A stretch of 64,000 bases of DNA from an uncultured Candidatus Saccharibacteria bacterium (GCA_964487045.1 CAZAOT010000001.1:4875-68874), one strand, 5' to 3'; counted from the first letter of the stretch, positions 32,302 to 41,064 are shown. Translations and numbers: made by a program. Notes: generated by a model not told the origin, from the letters alone.

Positions 32302-33474
32302 TTATCTGTTAGATAGGTCACCAATAATTTTTTTGTATGTAGCGACGCTCTTTCTTGGTTTGCGGTCAATTGTATGCAGACCAAACATCATCGAGTAACC
32401 ACTGGCCCACTCAAAGTTATCAAGAAGCGACCAATAGAAATAGCCACGAAGATCATATCCGTCCTTTATCGACTCGCCAAGCTCCTGAAAAACGTTCTCT
32501 AGATAAGCTTGGCGCTTATCGTCATCGATCGTGTCATCGCAAGGAATGCCGTTTTCAGTAATATAAATTGGTTTATTATATTTGCTTGCCTCCTTGATAA
32601 CTTCACAAATTCCAGACGGCTTTTGGATCCAGTGATATTTTTCTTTTTCGGTAATTCGATCGCGGATGAATTTTGGGCTAAAACAGACGAAATGACTCAA
32701 ATAATGATTGATACCTACAAAATCAAAATGTCCCTTTATCTTGTTTAAGAAAAATTCGTTAACTAACCATTTGGCAAGACCAGTTAGTAGTCTATCTTGC
32801 CAAACGGGACGAGAAGGGAAAAATGCGCTCATATTATAAGCAATTCCAATTTGAATATCCTTACTTTCTTTTTTCATTGCTAAATAGGACTGCTTTTGGG
32901 CTGAAATAAGATTAAAAAAAGTTCTGACGCCGTCTAGGTATGCGCCTCGTCTTCCAGGATACCAGTTCCCAGCGATGAATCCGGTCATTACATAGACATT
33001 TGGTTCGTTTAGGACAGACCATAGCTTCACTTCATTGCCGAACTCCTTCGCCATCCTAGAGGCAAACCTAGCAAAATACCAAGGGGCTTTGCGATTGGTC
33101 AGGCCTCCCTTGTCATCTAGCCAGACGGGTAGGGTGAAGTGAAACAGCGTCACCATAGGCTCAATTTTGTTTCTATTGAGCTCGGCAATTATTTCCCGGT
33201 AATGTTCAACAGCCTCTTGATTGAATTTTCCTTCTTCGGGCTCGATTCGTGACCATTCTATCGAAAAACGATAAGCATTTTGAGAAGAATCCTTCAGAAG
33301 TTTAATATCATCACGCCATTTATTGTAACTATCCGCCGCTATTTCAGCAGTATCATGATTATGAATCTTTCCGGGAAGTTTCTCCCACTCAGACCAGTCA
33401 TTGTGCTGGTGCCCTTCGATTTGGTGAGCGCTTGTGGCTGAGCCGAATAAAAATCCTTTTGGAAATTTTATCAT
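32302..33474 (-). CDS. glycoside hydrolase family 1 beta-glucosidase
   Basis: N-terminal FLFGSATSAHQIEG and nucleophile motif IYITENG; 390 aa. Confidence 0.75.
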   Translation of the reverse strand: MIKFPKGFLFGSATSAHQIEGHQHNDWSEWEKLPGKIHNHDTAEIAADSYNKWRDDIKLLKDSSQNAYRFSIEWSRIEPEEGKFNQEAVEHYREIIAELNRNKIEPMVTLFHFTLPVWLDDKGGLTNRKAPWYFARFASRMAKEFGNEVKLWSVLNEPNVYVMTGFIAGNWYPGRRGAYLDGVRTFFNLISAQKQSYLAMKKESKDIQIGIAYNMSAFFPSRPVWQDRLLTGLAKWLVNEFFLNKIKGHFDFVGINHYLSHFVCFSPKFIRDRITEKEKYHWIQKPSGICEVIKEASKYNKPIYITENGIPCDDTIDDDKRQAYLENVFQELGESIKDGYDLRGYFYWSLLDNFEWASGYSMMFGLHTIDRKPRKSVATYKKIIGDLSNR

Positions 33475-33893
33475 CTGACTTTTTTTGAATATTTAGTAAT
33501 CAGATCTTTTACTCCAGCGATGACCGCGTCGCGTACTTCAGGATCACTTTGCGCCACCCAAATTGCCAGGTTGTAGAGCTTAGCCGGCTGAATTGTCATC
33601 CATCTTTTATTTAAGAACAAAAAGATAAGCAATGTTGTGACGGCAATGCGCTTGTTGCCATTTTGAAAGGGATGGTTTTTGATGAGTAGATAAAATAATA
33701 CCGCCGCCTTTTCTTCGAATTCAGGATAGAGATCCTTGCGATTATAGGTCTGAAAGGGTACAGCAAGACAGCTTTCCAGCACTTTTGGAAATCTTGTCTC
33801 AAACGCAGGGATTGGTTCATCCCAAGCCATAGTAGCGATGGCGAGCTGGTGAGCAATATCTTTGATGTGATCAACTCCAATACGCTTGATCAT
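33471..33893 (-). CDS. doc: Doc/Fic family toxin
   Basis: HPFQNGNKRIA matches Doc variant (HxFx[DN]GNKR) of the Fic motif; 140 aa; overlapping stop/start with upstream HTH gene. Confidence 0.65.
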   Translation of the reverse strand: MIKRIGVDHIKDIAHQLAIATMAWDEPIPAFETRFPKVLESCLAVPFQTYNRKDLYPEFEEKAAVLFYLLIKNHPFQNGNKRIAVTTLLIFLFLNKRWMTIQPAKLYNLAIWVAQSDPEVRDAVIAGVKDLITKYSKKVR

Positions 33894-34147
33894 TCTGCTC
33901 CCAAGTCCTTAATGACCGACCCATAATCTCGAAGTGTTTTCTCTACACCCTTAGTAATCAGAGACTTATCGTTGCCAGAAATTTCCCCCGTAATTTTATT
34001 GAGCTCTCCGATTGGTATCAGGTAATTTTTACCAAAACGCTCAGACTTAATAAGCCCAGCCTTTACTCTTCTAAAGATCTGAGATCTGCTCATACCGATT
34101 GCAAGTGCGAAATCGGGGATAGTGATAAATTCCTTTTCATGTTGCAT
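33890..34147 (-). CDS. helix-turn-helix DNA-binding antitoxin partner of Doc
   Basis: 85 aa, HTH (FALAIGMSRSQIFRRVKAGLIKS); start codon overlaps Doc stop; TTGCAT/ATGCAA operator-like repeats upstream. Confidence 0.55.
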   Translation of the reverse strand: MQHEKEFITIPDFALAIGMSRSQIFRRVKAGLIKSERFGKNYLIPIGELNKITGEISGNDKSLITKGVEKTLRDYGSVIKDLGAE

Positions 34148-34569
34148 ATAAGTATATTATGAAACATATGTTGCATCTTGTCAATAGTATGCAACCAAAA
34201 AGAACCATCTTGCAATGGTTCCTTCGGGTGTCTAGCTATAAACTGGTTCGAAGATAGCTTAAACTCTTAACATAAGCTTACCATGAGTTGTCAATGGGGG
34301 TTAGGTAATATAAAAAGCCGGTTTGTTGCCGGTATTTCATTTTTGGCGGAGCGATTTTTGAGAGCTTTTGCGAGGTGGAATCGCAAAATTCCTAAGCAAA
34401 AATCTAATGTATGAGGGATTCGGTCAGCGGTCAAAATTTGCTATTTTTTCCTTATGGAGGGATCCTCGTAAGGCTGGGCAAAGCCCATCTTCCTTGCGCA
34501 CCCTCGTCGAGGGTTCGATCCTTTCCCTCGCAGAAATAAAACACCGACACGAGGTCGGCATTTTATTTC

Positions 34570-34659
34570 TGGCGGAGAGGGAGGGATTCGAACCCTCGGG
34601 CCCCTTGCGAGACCAACACATTAGCAGTGTGTCCCATTCGACCACTCTGGCACCTCTCC
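34570..34659 (-). tRNA. tRNA-Ser(GCT)
   Basis: 90-nt cloverleaf read by hand: acceptor GGAGAGG, anticodon loop CUGCUAA, long variable arm, T-arm GGGTTCGAATCCC, CCA encoded. Confidence 0.8.
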
Positions 34660-34722
34660 ACTCCTGAAATTTTAGCACAAAAAATGAAAAACTCAATTAA
34701 TTGCTAGCTTATTTGAGACTCT

Positions 34723-35628
34723 CTATTTTTTAAGCTCTAGGTAGACCAAAGTCCAGTATGATGAGAAATAAGCCTGTACGATGCCAGCTAGAAAAAACAT
34801 CACGGCCAAAAATGGAATTCCTAGAATTATCGAATAAACGACGGTACTGATTAGGCCGAGCGTCGTATAAACCCCGAAACCAATTAGGGAAAGTATCAGA
34901 CCGATGACTCCGATAACTATCAAAATCCCAAGTCCAGCACCCATATTTAGAACCATTTGTAGAAGCATCGCTAAAATCGAATTGCCAAGATTAGCTTTAA
35001 TTTTTCTAAGAGATCTTACAAAAGCCTCGTAAGTACCTGCCTTTTCCAGAACAATTTCCCTCTTGGCATATTCGACTGTTGGAACTAATCCAAAGCAGAT
35101 TAAAATCATTCCAAGAATGCCGACGAATACTAGGATTCCACCCAAAATGTAAATCGGTAGCGCCTGAACAAAGACCATAAGTAGAATTGGCATGGCCATA
35201 AATACTAACATCCAACCCATGACCAAGGCGCAGACTAACAGTCCGAGAAGAAATAATTTTCCAGCGTAACCCTTGCTAGATGCCCACGCCTGTGAAAAAT
35301 TCTTGAAGTGAGTTTTATTTTCAATTTTATCTACTGAGTTTATAAGCCCTGCTTCTGCTCGAAGAGATAAATAAATAAAAACAATTGCCAAGACAAACAT
35401 GATAAGGGTAGCGATAATTATCGCTGATTCGTGCGTTGAGACCCAATTTGAAATATTATCAGCAATAGGACCAACCTGATCTGATTCATTCATGTTATAT
35501 CCAGAGGACATGCTGTTTGGCATACTGCTTGATCCACCTGCCAAGGAAGCAAGTACTCCAAGACCCCATAAATATCGGTAATGTTTTATATTCTGGAAAG
35601 ATTTCGAAATAATTTTGCCAAAGTCCAT
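34723..35628 (-). CDS. hypothetical polytopic membrane protein
   Basis: 301 aa, about 6 TM helices, no motif. Confidence 0.45.
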   Translation of the reverse strand: MDFGKIISKSFQNIKHYRYLWGLGVLASLAGGSSSMPNSMSSGYNMNESDQVGPIADNISNWVSTHESAIIIATLIMFVLAIVFIYLSLRAEAGLINSVDKIENKTHFKNFSQAWASSKGYAGKLFLLGLLVCALVMGWMLVFMAMPILLMVFVQALPIYILGGILVFVGILGMILICFGLVPTVEYAKREIVLEKAGTYEAFVRSLRKIKANLGNSILAMLLQMVLNMGAGLGILIVIGVIGLILSLIGFGVYTTLGLISTVVYSIILGIPFLAVMFFLAGIVQAYFSSYWTLVYLELKK

Positions 35629-35700
35629 ATTTTCTCCAATTTATTTATATTTTAATTATAAACTTTTTTTTAGGAGTTTGTCTTCTGCTAGAATAATACT

Positions 35701-36828
35701 ATGAAGCGAGATACTAAGATATTTATTACTCTGCTAATTTTTTTCCTAGCAGTTTTGGCTTTCTTCTGTAAGAAGGAGTATGAAAATCTTGATTATTTTT
35801 TGCCGCTTGCTAACTCGATCTTGCATGGAAAATTCAGTGTTAATTGCAACCTAGCGCTAAACGAACTCGTAAACATCAAAAATAGATGCTTTGTAGTTTA
35901 TCCGCCGGCGCCGGCGATCGCACTACTACCGTTTGCGCTTTTATTTGGCAGCAAATTAAGCCAAGTATACCCTGGAATCATCTATGCCTCGCTCGCCGGC
36001 GCCTTGTTCTATCTGGTTCTAAGACGTCTCACAAAAGAACCAGAAGCAATAGCGCTTAGTTTATTTCTGATGTTTGGCACTAATTTCTTCATGATTTCGC
36101 TGATTGGAAGGTCATGGTATTTTGCCCATGTCACCGGAATATTTTTCATGGTTATTTCAGTACTCTTTGCCCTCAAAAAAAAGCCATACTTAGCTGGAAT
36201 TTTCTTAGGCTTAGCTGGCATGAGCCGTTTGCCGATGCTCTTTGCTTTTCCAGCAGTCTTATATCTTCTCAAACCTACCAAAAAAGATTATATAAAGTTT
36301 TTTATTCCAGTTAGCGCAGTTGTTCTTATTTTCTTAGCCTATAATTACTATCGTTTCGGCTCGATATTTCAAACTGGCTACTCCCTGATTCCGGGAGTGC
36401 TTGATGAAGCTTGGTACAAGCAGGGGATTATGTCGCTTAGCTATATACCTAGAAATCTCAAAGCGATGTTCCTGCAAATGCCAGAATATATATCCGTTTT
36501 CCCTTGGTTTGTTCCCAAGACTTATGCCATGGCCTTGTGGCTAACTTCGCCGGCCCTTCTGCTTCTTGTTTTTGGCCTTAAGGACAAGCGCTCCTTAGTA
36601 ATGATGCTGAGCTTCGCTTTAATAATTTTCACCGATTTAATGCACGGCGCGGTCGGATTTAGTCAGTTTGGTTACAGATTTGCGCTTGATGGAATGATTT
36701 TTCTTATTATCGCGATGATTCCAGCCCTTGAGTCACAGCCGATACTATCACTAAGCTTAATCTTTGTAAGTGTAGTGATAAACTTTTACGCTGTTTTGGA
36801 ATATGCGCTTGGTTACTTTCATCCTTAA
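35701..36828 (+). CDS. multi-pass membrane protein, possible GT-C-type glycosyltransferase (DUF2029/GT87-like)
   Basis: 375 aa, 10 or more TM helices; assignment by topology only. Confidence 0.3.
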   Translation: MKRDTKIFITLLIFFLAVLAFFCKKEYENLDYFLPLANSILHGKFSVNCNLALNELVNIKNRCFVVYPPAPAIALLPFALLFGSKLSQVYPGIIYASLAGALFYLVLRRLTKEPEAIALSLFLMFGTNFFMISLIGRSWYFAHVTGIFFMVISVLFALKKKPYLAGIFLGLAGMSRLPMLFAFPAVLYLLKPTKKDYIKFFIPVSAVVLIFLAYNYYRFGSIFQTGYSLIPGVLDEAWYKQGIMSLSYIPRNLKAMFLQMPEYISVFPWFVPKTYAMALWLTSPALLLLVFGLKDKRSLVMMLSFALIIFTDLMHGAVGFSQFGYRFALDGMIFLIIAMIPALESQPILSLSLIFVSVVINFYAVLEYALGYFHP

Positions 36829-37230
36829 ATATCGATTCTGCTATAATTAATCTGTACTAATTTTTCTGCAAAACATTTACTTCTGCGTGAAGTATCTCAA
36901 AAGAGGGGGCACCCCGATTAAATTTACATATTTAACGGGTCGAGGTGACGTACTTTTTTCGCCTAAAATCTGATAGGTAATCGTTCAGTCTCGCCTGGCA
37001 CCCTATTGCATAGCGCGATAGAACTATCACAAGTCTAACAACCTCTTTTTGCTCGCTTTGTTAAAGTCGAAATCATTTCTTTGGTTTTTACAAAGTAGAG
37101 CTAAGCGAAACCAGTCGCTATTATTAGTTTTTTGTTCGAAGGAGGGGAAAATTCGGCAATTGTTTTGTTAGTGATTTTTTTCATACTAATGAGTGGGCGG
37201 TAAGATTTTAAAAAATATTTAAACAAAAGA

Positions 37231-37264
37231 GGCGGGAGCGAAGGGGTTGCCCTTCGCTCCCGCC
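37231..37264 (-). terminator. rho-independent terminator for minus-strand small-protein operon
   Basis: 14-bp stem GGCGGGAGCGAAGG/CCTTCGCTCCCGCC; on minus strand followed by TCTTTTGTTTAAATATTTTTT. Confidence 0.65.
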
Positions 37265-37270
37265 GGGATG

Positions 37271-37423
37271 CTACGCGCTTTTCGCGCGCTTGATGTGGTA
37301 GGCGAGTGAGATGATGGCGCACACCCCACAGAAGAATGGGATTGCGCGTATGTGCTCACCTCCATAGGCCTCAATAAGGCCGCCAGTGACCAGCGATAGA
37401 ATCGAATAGCCCAGAAGACTCAT
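37271..37423 (-). CDS. small hydrophobic protein (50 aa), G+C-rich cassette
   Basis: ATG 37423 preceded by AGGAGTA; translation MSLLGYSILSLVTGGLIEAYGGEHIRAIPFFCGVCAIISLAYHIKRAKSA done by hand. Confidence 0.45.
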   Translation of the reverse strand: MSLLGYSILSLVTGGLIEAYGGEHIRAIPFFCGVCAIISLAYHIKRAKSA

Positions 37424-37433
37424 CGTGATACTC

Positions 37434-37709
37434 CTATTCTAATCCCAGAGTTGCTCCGCCGGCAAAGCGGCGTTCTGTTTCAGCGAGGAGAGCCTTTCCC
37501 TCGATCGTCACCATGTTGTCCGACATGATTCCTTGCTTGTCTGGACAAATGATGAGTTCTGCTTCGCCTGTCAGTCTGACTTCAGCGGAACTCGTTTCCG
37601 CTATCTCGACAAAAAGAGGTGGCTCGTGTGAGCCAGACTTATTCTTCAGACAGACCCAGATACGCGAGCCGACAGGTTGGCGCCTGAGGTCGAAGAAGTT
37701 TAGCTTCAC
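37434..37709 (-). CDS. small soluble protein (91 aa), G+C-rich cassette
   Basis: GTG 37709 preceded by GAGGAGGTAG; GTGA overlap with upstream gene stop; MKLNFFDLRRQ...GATLGLE. Confidence 0.4.
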   Translation of the reverse strand: MKLNFFDLRRQPVGSRIWVCLKNKSGSHEPPLFVEIAETSSAEVRLTGEAELIICPDKQGIMSDNMVTIEGKALLAETERRFAGGATLGLE

Positions 37710-37927
37710 GCTACCTCCTCGCTTGACGCTTCGGCTGTTTCTTCTCTTCTTCCTCTGAACGAAGAGATGATGGCAAGGCCGCCACAGAAGATGCAATTGC
37801 CGCTTGCGAGGAGAGTCACTGAGACTGGCACGTCCTGCTTGATGTAGAGAATACCGAGCAGGACAAGTCCCATGGCGATTAGTCCGAGACCGCTAAGGAT
37901 CAGGCTTATATCCGGTTTGTATTTCAT
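37706..37927 (-). CDS. small membrane protein (73 aa), G+C-rich cassette
   Basis: ATG 37927 preceded by AAAGGGAAAG; two TM helices (LILSGLGLIAMGLVLLGILYI, CIFCGGLAIISSF). Confidence 0.45.
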   Translation of the reverse strand: MKYKPDISLILSGLGLIAMGLVLLGILYIKQDVPVSVTLLASGNCIFCGGLAIISSFRGRREETAEASSEEVA

Positions 37928-37942
37928 TGGTGCTTTCCCTTT

Positions 37943-38077
37943 CTAGCGCGTGAATGCGAACTGGGGAAGGTGCTGCCAGGCGAGAGCAATGGCAGCACAG
38001 AAGATGATCACTAGTCCTACCAAGGCGAGGTAGGCCGGCAGATTGTGCCTTTCTGATTCTAGGAATCTTAGTCGCAT
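37943..38077 (-). CDS. small membrane protein (44 aa), G+C-rich cassette
   Basis: ATG 38077 preceded by GGGAGAGGGAT; MRLRFLESERHNLPAYLALVGLVIIFCAAIALAWQHLPQFAFTR. Confidence 0.4.
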   Translation of the reverse strand: MRLRFLESERHNLPAYLALVGLVIIFCAAIALAWQHLPQFAFTR

Positions 38078-38244
38078 GATCCCTCTCCCTATGTCAAGTT
38101 TCTTGTGTTTTACAGAATTAGGATATTTTACATCAAAAAACCCACCTTATCAAGGGTGGGCGATCATTATTTGATCAGATCATGATATATTAAATGTCTT
38201 AGTCTTGAAAACTTTGCGCATAAGAAGTAGTATTACCCTGATAT

Positions 38245-38321
38245 GCACCCGTAGCTCAGCTGGATAGAGCGTTGGCTTGCGGAGCCAAAGGTCGTAGGTT
38301 CGAATCCTATCGGGTGTACCA
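38245..38321 (+). tRNA. tRNA-Arg, anticodon read as GCG
   Basis: 77-nt cloverleaf: acceptor GCACCCG/CGGGTGT, D-arm GCTCAGCTGGATAGAGC, anticodon stem TTGGC/GCCAA with loop UUGCGGA, T-arm GTAGGTTCGAATCCTAT, CCA encoded; close to E. coli tRNA-Arg by eye. Confidence 0.8.
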
Positions 38322-38322
38322 G
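38301..38322 (+). repeat. direct repeat DR-L (tRNA-Arg 3' end CGAATCCTATCGGGTGTACCAG)
   Basis: exact 22-nt match to 41187-41208. Confidence 0.85.
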
Positions 38323-39776
38323 TACGGAAATGTCAAATTTTGGGAGTTTGCGCCGCCTGCGGCGGCGACTAAATTGTAGGGAATTTTTGCTTCAAAATGC
38401 CACTTTCGATTCTGTAAGAAATGGTTCGAGCCGATATTTTTGAGAAATGTTAGAATTTCCGAATAATCTTCGGAATTTTTTAGTTTATCTGCTTTGGCAA
38501 GCGATAAAATGAACTCTTTGGCCGGTTCGAGCCAAGACAATCCTTTTTGTTCAAAATCTGTAATTTTTTCGTTAATCTCCAGCTTTTCGCTAAGTAGCTT
38601 TTGTTTTCGCAAAGTATATTCTTCGGTTGTAATGACTTCGCTCAGATATACATCGAGTAATTTTTCAAGCTGTTTCGTAATTTCTTCGAGCTTTACTTTG
38701 AGATTTTGAACAGAAGTTTTAGCCAACGTTCTTGCTTGAGTTTCTTGTTTCTCTAATTCAAACAAAACTTTTTTGGTATCTTGGCTCGACAAAGAAACTT
38801 TTTGTAAATACCCATTTATTTGCTCAACGAGTTTTTCTTCTCGCAGATAATGCTTTTCTTGGCAACCACTTTTCTTTTTTGTGCATCGGTAATAGTTGTG
38901 GCCTTTTTGTATTTCGGCAGTAATCGCACAGCCGCAACTTTTACATTTCATAAGCCCAAGAAAAGCAAAATGATGTTTTTCCTTTTTGCGAGGCTTGCCA
39001 CGATCTTTCAATACTTCTTGGCATTTATCAAAAAGTTTCTTTGGGATTATCGGTTTGTGTTTTCCTTCGTATATTTCGCCGTTATATTTCATTAGCCCAA
39101 TGTAGAAAATATTTTGTAGAATTGAATTGATATTGCTGATAGAAATCCTCTTGTTGAGATTCCCGAATAACATGTCATCTTCCGCCCAATTTGCGAGAGA
39201 ATTAAAGGTATATTTGCCGGTTGAATAGAGCTCAAAAAGCTTTCTGACTTTTCTAACCTTTATTTCGTCGACATCAATATTTCTTGTTCTCGGATTATTT
39301 ATATAGCCAACCGGCGCCCAGCCGGGCCAAACTCCATTTCGTATTTTTTGCCTTAACCCTCGTTTTACATTCTCTCGCAAATTGTCTACAAAATATTTTG
39401 ATTGACCAAAAGCAATGTTCAACATGAAAATCCCTTGAGGTGTTGGTTCAAACCAGAACGAAGGAAAACACAAGGATTTGATTTTCTGCCGGTCTATCAT
39501 GTGGATTATCTTTCCACCGTCTACACTATTTCTTGCTAACCTGTCAGGGTGCCAACTCAAAATCCCTTCCGCCTTTCCTTTTTCGATCAATTCTAACATT
39601 TCAGCGAACTTCGTTCGACCAGGTTCTTTGGCAGTTTTGGCTTCGCACAGCGAAGCGACAATTTCAAGTTTTTCTTTGGCGGCAAATTCCCGAAGCTCAA
39701 CTAGTTGAGCTTCAATCGAAAGAACTTGTCTGTCATCATCTTCAGTACTTTTGCGAGCGTAAATTATGTAGCGCAT
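38307..39776 (-). CDS. large serine recombinase (resolvase N-terminal domain, zinc ribbon, coiled coil)
   Basis: MRYIIYARKSTEDDDRQVLSIEAQ catalytic-Ser N-terminus, CKSCGC...YYRCTKKKSGC zinc ribbon, C-terminal coiled coil; start ATG 39776 preceded by AAGGAGGAAA; 3' end runs through IR1-L and 15 nt into tRNA-Arg. Confidence 0.8.
   Translation of the reverse strand: MRYIIYARKSTEDDDRQVLSIEAQLVELREFAAKEKLEIVASLCEAKTAKEPGRTKFAEMLELIEKGKAEGILSWHPDRLARNSVDGGKIIHMIDRQKIKSLCFPSFWFEPTPQGIFMLNIAFGQSKYFVDNLRENVKRGLRQKIRNGVWPGWAPVGYINNPRTRNIDVDEIKVRKVRKLFELYSTGKYTFNSLANWAEDDMLFGNLNKRISISNINSILQNIFYIGLMKYNGEIYEGKHKPIIPKKLFDKCQEVLKDRGKPRKKEKHHFAFLGLMKCKSCGCAITAEIQKGHNYYRCTKKKSGCQEKHYLREEKLVEQINGYLQKVSLSSQDTKKVLFELEKQETQARTLAKTSVQNLKVKLEEITKQLEKLLDVYLSEVITTEEYTLRKQKLLSEKLEINEKITDFEQKGLSWLEPAKEFILSLAKADKLKNSEDYSEILTFLKNIGSNHFLQNRKWHFEAKIPYNLVAAAGGANSQNLTFPYWYTR
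38316..38415. repeat. inverted repeat IR1 left copy (about 100 bp)
   Basis: near-perfect reverse complement of 39817-39916 (2 mismatches); begins with GTACCAGTAC overlapping the tRNA 3' end. Confidence 0.85.
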
Positions 39777-39816
39777 TTTCCTCCTTTTAATTTCATAAAA
39801 ATTTTCTTTTACAATC

Positions 39817-39916
39817 ACAGAATCAAAAGTGGCAATTTGAAGCAAAAATTCCCTACAATTTAGTCGCCGCCGCAGGCGGCGCAAACTCCCAAAATTTGAC
39901 ATTTCCGTACTGGTAC
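39817..39916. repeat. inverted repeat IR1 right copy
   Basis: reverse complement of 38316-38415; ends CCGTACTGGTAC. Confidence 0.85.
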
Positions 39917-40004
39917 TCTATCCTGAAAATTGTTCGAACGTATTTTGGCCGCGAAGCGGCCGAGAAAACACCCCCGAAAATTCCCGACTGAAATTCTGAA
40001 CTTT
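39910..40004. repeat. inverted repeat IR2 left copy (about 95 bp)
   Basis: perfect reverse complement of 40970-41064; starts CTGGTACTCTATCC, shares CTGGTAC with the end of IR1-R. Confidence 0.85.
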
Positions 40005-40161
40005 CAAAACTGCCAAAGAATCTGTTTCAAAAATATCGGCTCGAATCCATTAGTTTGTAAAAGAAAATTTTTATTAATTCAATCAGCACTGATTGATTTT
40101 TTATTCTTCTTGGTATATGCTTTTATTCAACAATCGAAAGCAGAAATATTGAGTTTCTCAA

Positions 40162-40184
40162 TTTCCTGCTTTCGAAGCAGGAAA
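40162..40184 (+). promoter_or_regulatory. perfect 10-bp stem / 3-nt loop hairpin in leader of cargo gene
   Basis: TTTCCTGCTT-TCG-AAGCAGGAAA read directly; not followed by a T-run. Confidence 0.35.
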
Positions 40185-40225
40185 ATCTCTGTACAGGCCA
40201 CAAGGCCGTGCAAGGAGTGAGAACA

Positions 40226-40846
40226 TTGTCTAAGGTCAACAGTATCCAGCTCACGTGTCTCAAGCCGAATGACTGTTCCACCCGACTTGCTCTTCCCGAA
40301 GTCACCTACGACTTTCGGGTGTGGGCTATCATCAACGACCTTGAGAAGGCCGTTGAGAAGGCGGGCGGTGCAACGCTCGCAGTCTTCGCGGGTGTTCCGT
40401 GGGAGTACGGGAGCCGCTCGGTCAACTTTCTCAACTATGTGGCCGAGATGGTGGTGAGAACAAACCGCGGCAAAGGGGAATTCATCGGAAGAAGCTATCT
40501 TGCGAGTGGCGGGATGTCACGGCTCGCAAGCTTGATGAAGGACGTTCGGCCAGACGGACAGATCAGAGCTGTGGTCGACCAAATCACGCGAACAATCTGG
40601 TCCGACCAGCCGATCCCGCGCGGTTTGCCCGACAATCTCTGGTACGAGCAGACGGACTACGAGTCGTTCTGCATCAAGTCGGGCAAAGGTGACATCATCA
40701 GGTGGGTTCCCGAGAATCAAGTTCAGGAGGAGCGGACGATGGGATTTCTCCGCTTGGAGTTTGAGGAGCCCTCTGTCAAGCACTTCTGTCAGCTAATTCA
40801 ACAGCTACATCGCTTTCCGGGTGTGGCCGAGTTCGCCAACGGCTAG
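40226..40846 (+). CDS. hypothetical protein, G+C-rich cargo of IR2 cassette
   Basis: AGGAG 8 nt before in-frame TTG 40226 (MSKVNSIQLTCLKP...); no recognisable domain; composition contrasts with A+T-rich recombinase gene. Confidence 0.5.
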   Translation: MSKVNSIQLTCLKPNDCSTRLALPEVTYDFRVWAIINDLEKAVEKAGGATLAVFAGVPWEYGSRSVNFLNYVAEMVVRTNRGKGEFIGRSYLASGGMSRLASLMKDVRPDGQIRAVVDQITRTIWSDQPIPRGLPDNLWYEQTDYESFCIKSGKGDIIRWVPENQVQEERTMGFLRLEFEEPSVKHFCQLIQQLHRFPGVAEFANG

Positions 40847-40869
40847 CTGTAGACCGGAGTACAAGCAAC

Positions 40870-40899
40870 AGGCAGACCAGCAGTGGCCTGCCTTTTTTC
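40870..40899 (+). terminator. possible rho-independent terminator
   Basis: AGGCAGACC...GGCCTGCCT imperfect stem then TTTTTTCTTG. Confidence 0.4.
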
Positions 40900-40969
40900 T
40901 TGCCGCCAAAGGAGAAATCTGCTAAGATTTCTCTAGTGAGCGAAGCTCACTAAAAAACTTGAAATTGTC

Positions 40970-41064
40970 AAAGTTCAGAATTTCAGTCGGGAATTTTCGG
41001 GGGTGTTTTCTCGGCCGCTTCGCGGCCAAAATACGTTCGAACAATTTTCAGGATAGAGTACCAG
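40970..41064. repeat. inverted repeat IR2 right copy
   Basis: reverse complement of 39910-40004; ends GGATAGAGTACCAG. Confidence 0.85.

Noticed and set aside
34480-34530. GGGTTCGATCC motif considered as a second tRNA or tmRNA 3' end
   Set aside because: No complementary T-stem or acceptor stem could be paired by hand. Treated as a fragment only.
34368-34696. Two overlapping ORFs (99 aa plus, 90 aa minus) in the track
   Set aside because: They overlap the tRNA-Ser(GCT) gene and tRNA-like fragments. No Shine-Dalgarno; the products are translations of the tRNA sequence.
39777-39902. N-terminal 42-codon extension of the recombinase ORF in the track (MSNFGSLRRLRRRLNC...)
   Set aside because: The extension is encoded by the inverted repeat itself. 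A perfect AAGGAGGAAA Shine-Dalgarno precedes the internal ATG at 39776, where the resolvase catalytic N-terminus (MRYIIYARKST) begins.
40935-40951. AGTGAGC-GAA-GCTCACT hairpin considered as terminator
   Set aside because: Followed by an A-run on the plus strand and preceded by a T-run on the minus strand, so it does not fit an intrinsic terminator in either direction. It lies at the inner edge of IR2-R.
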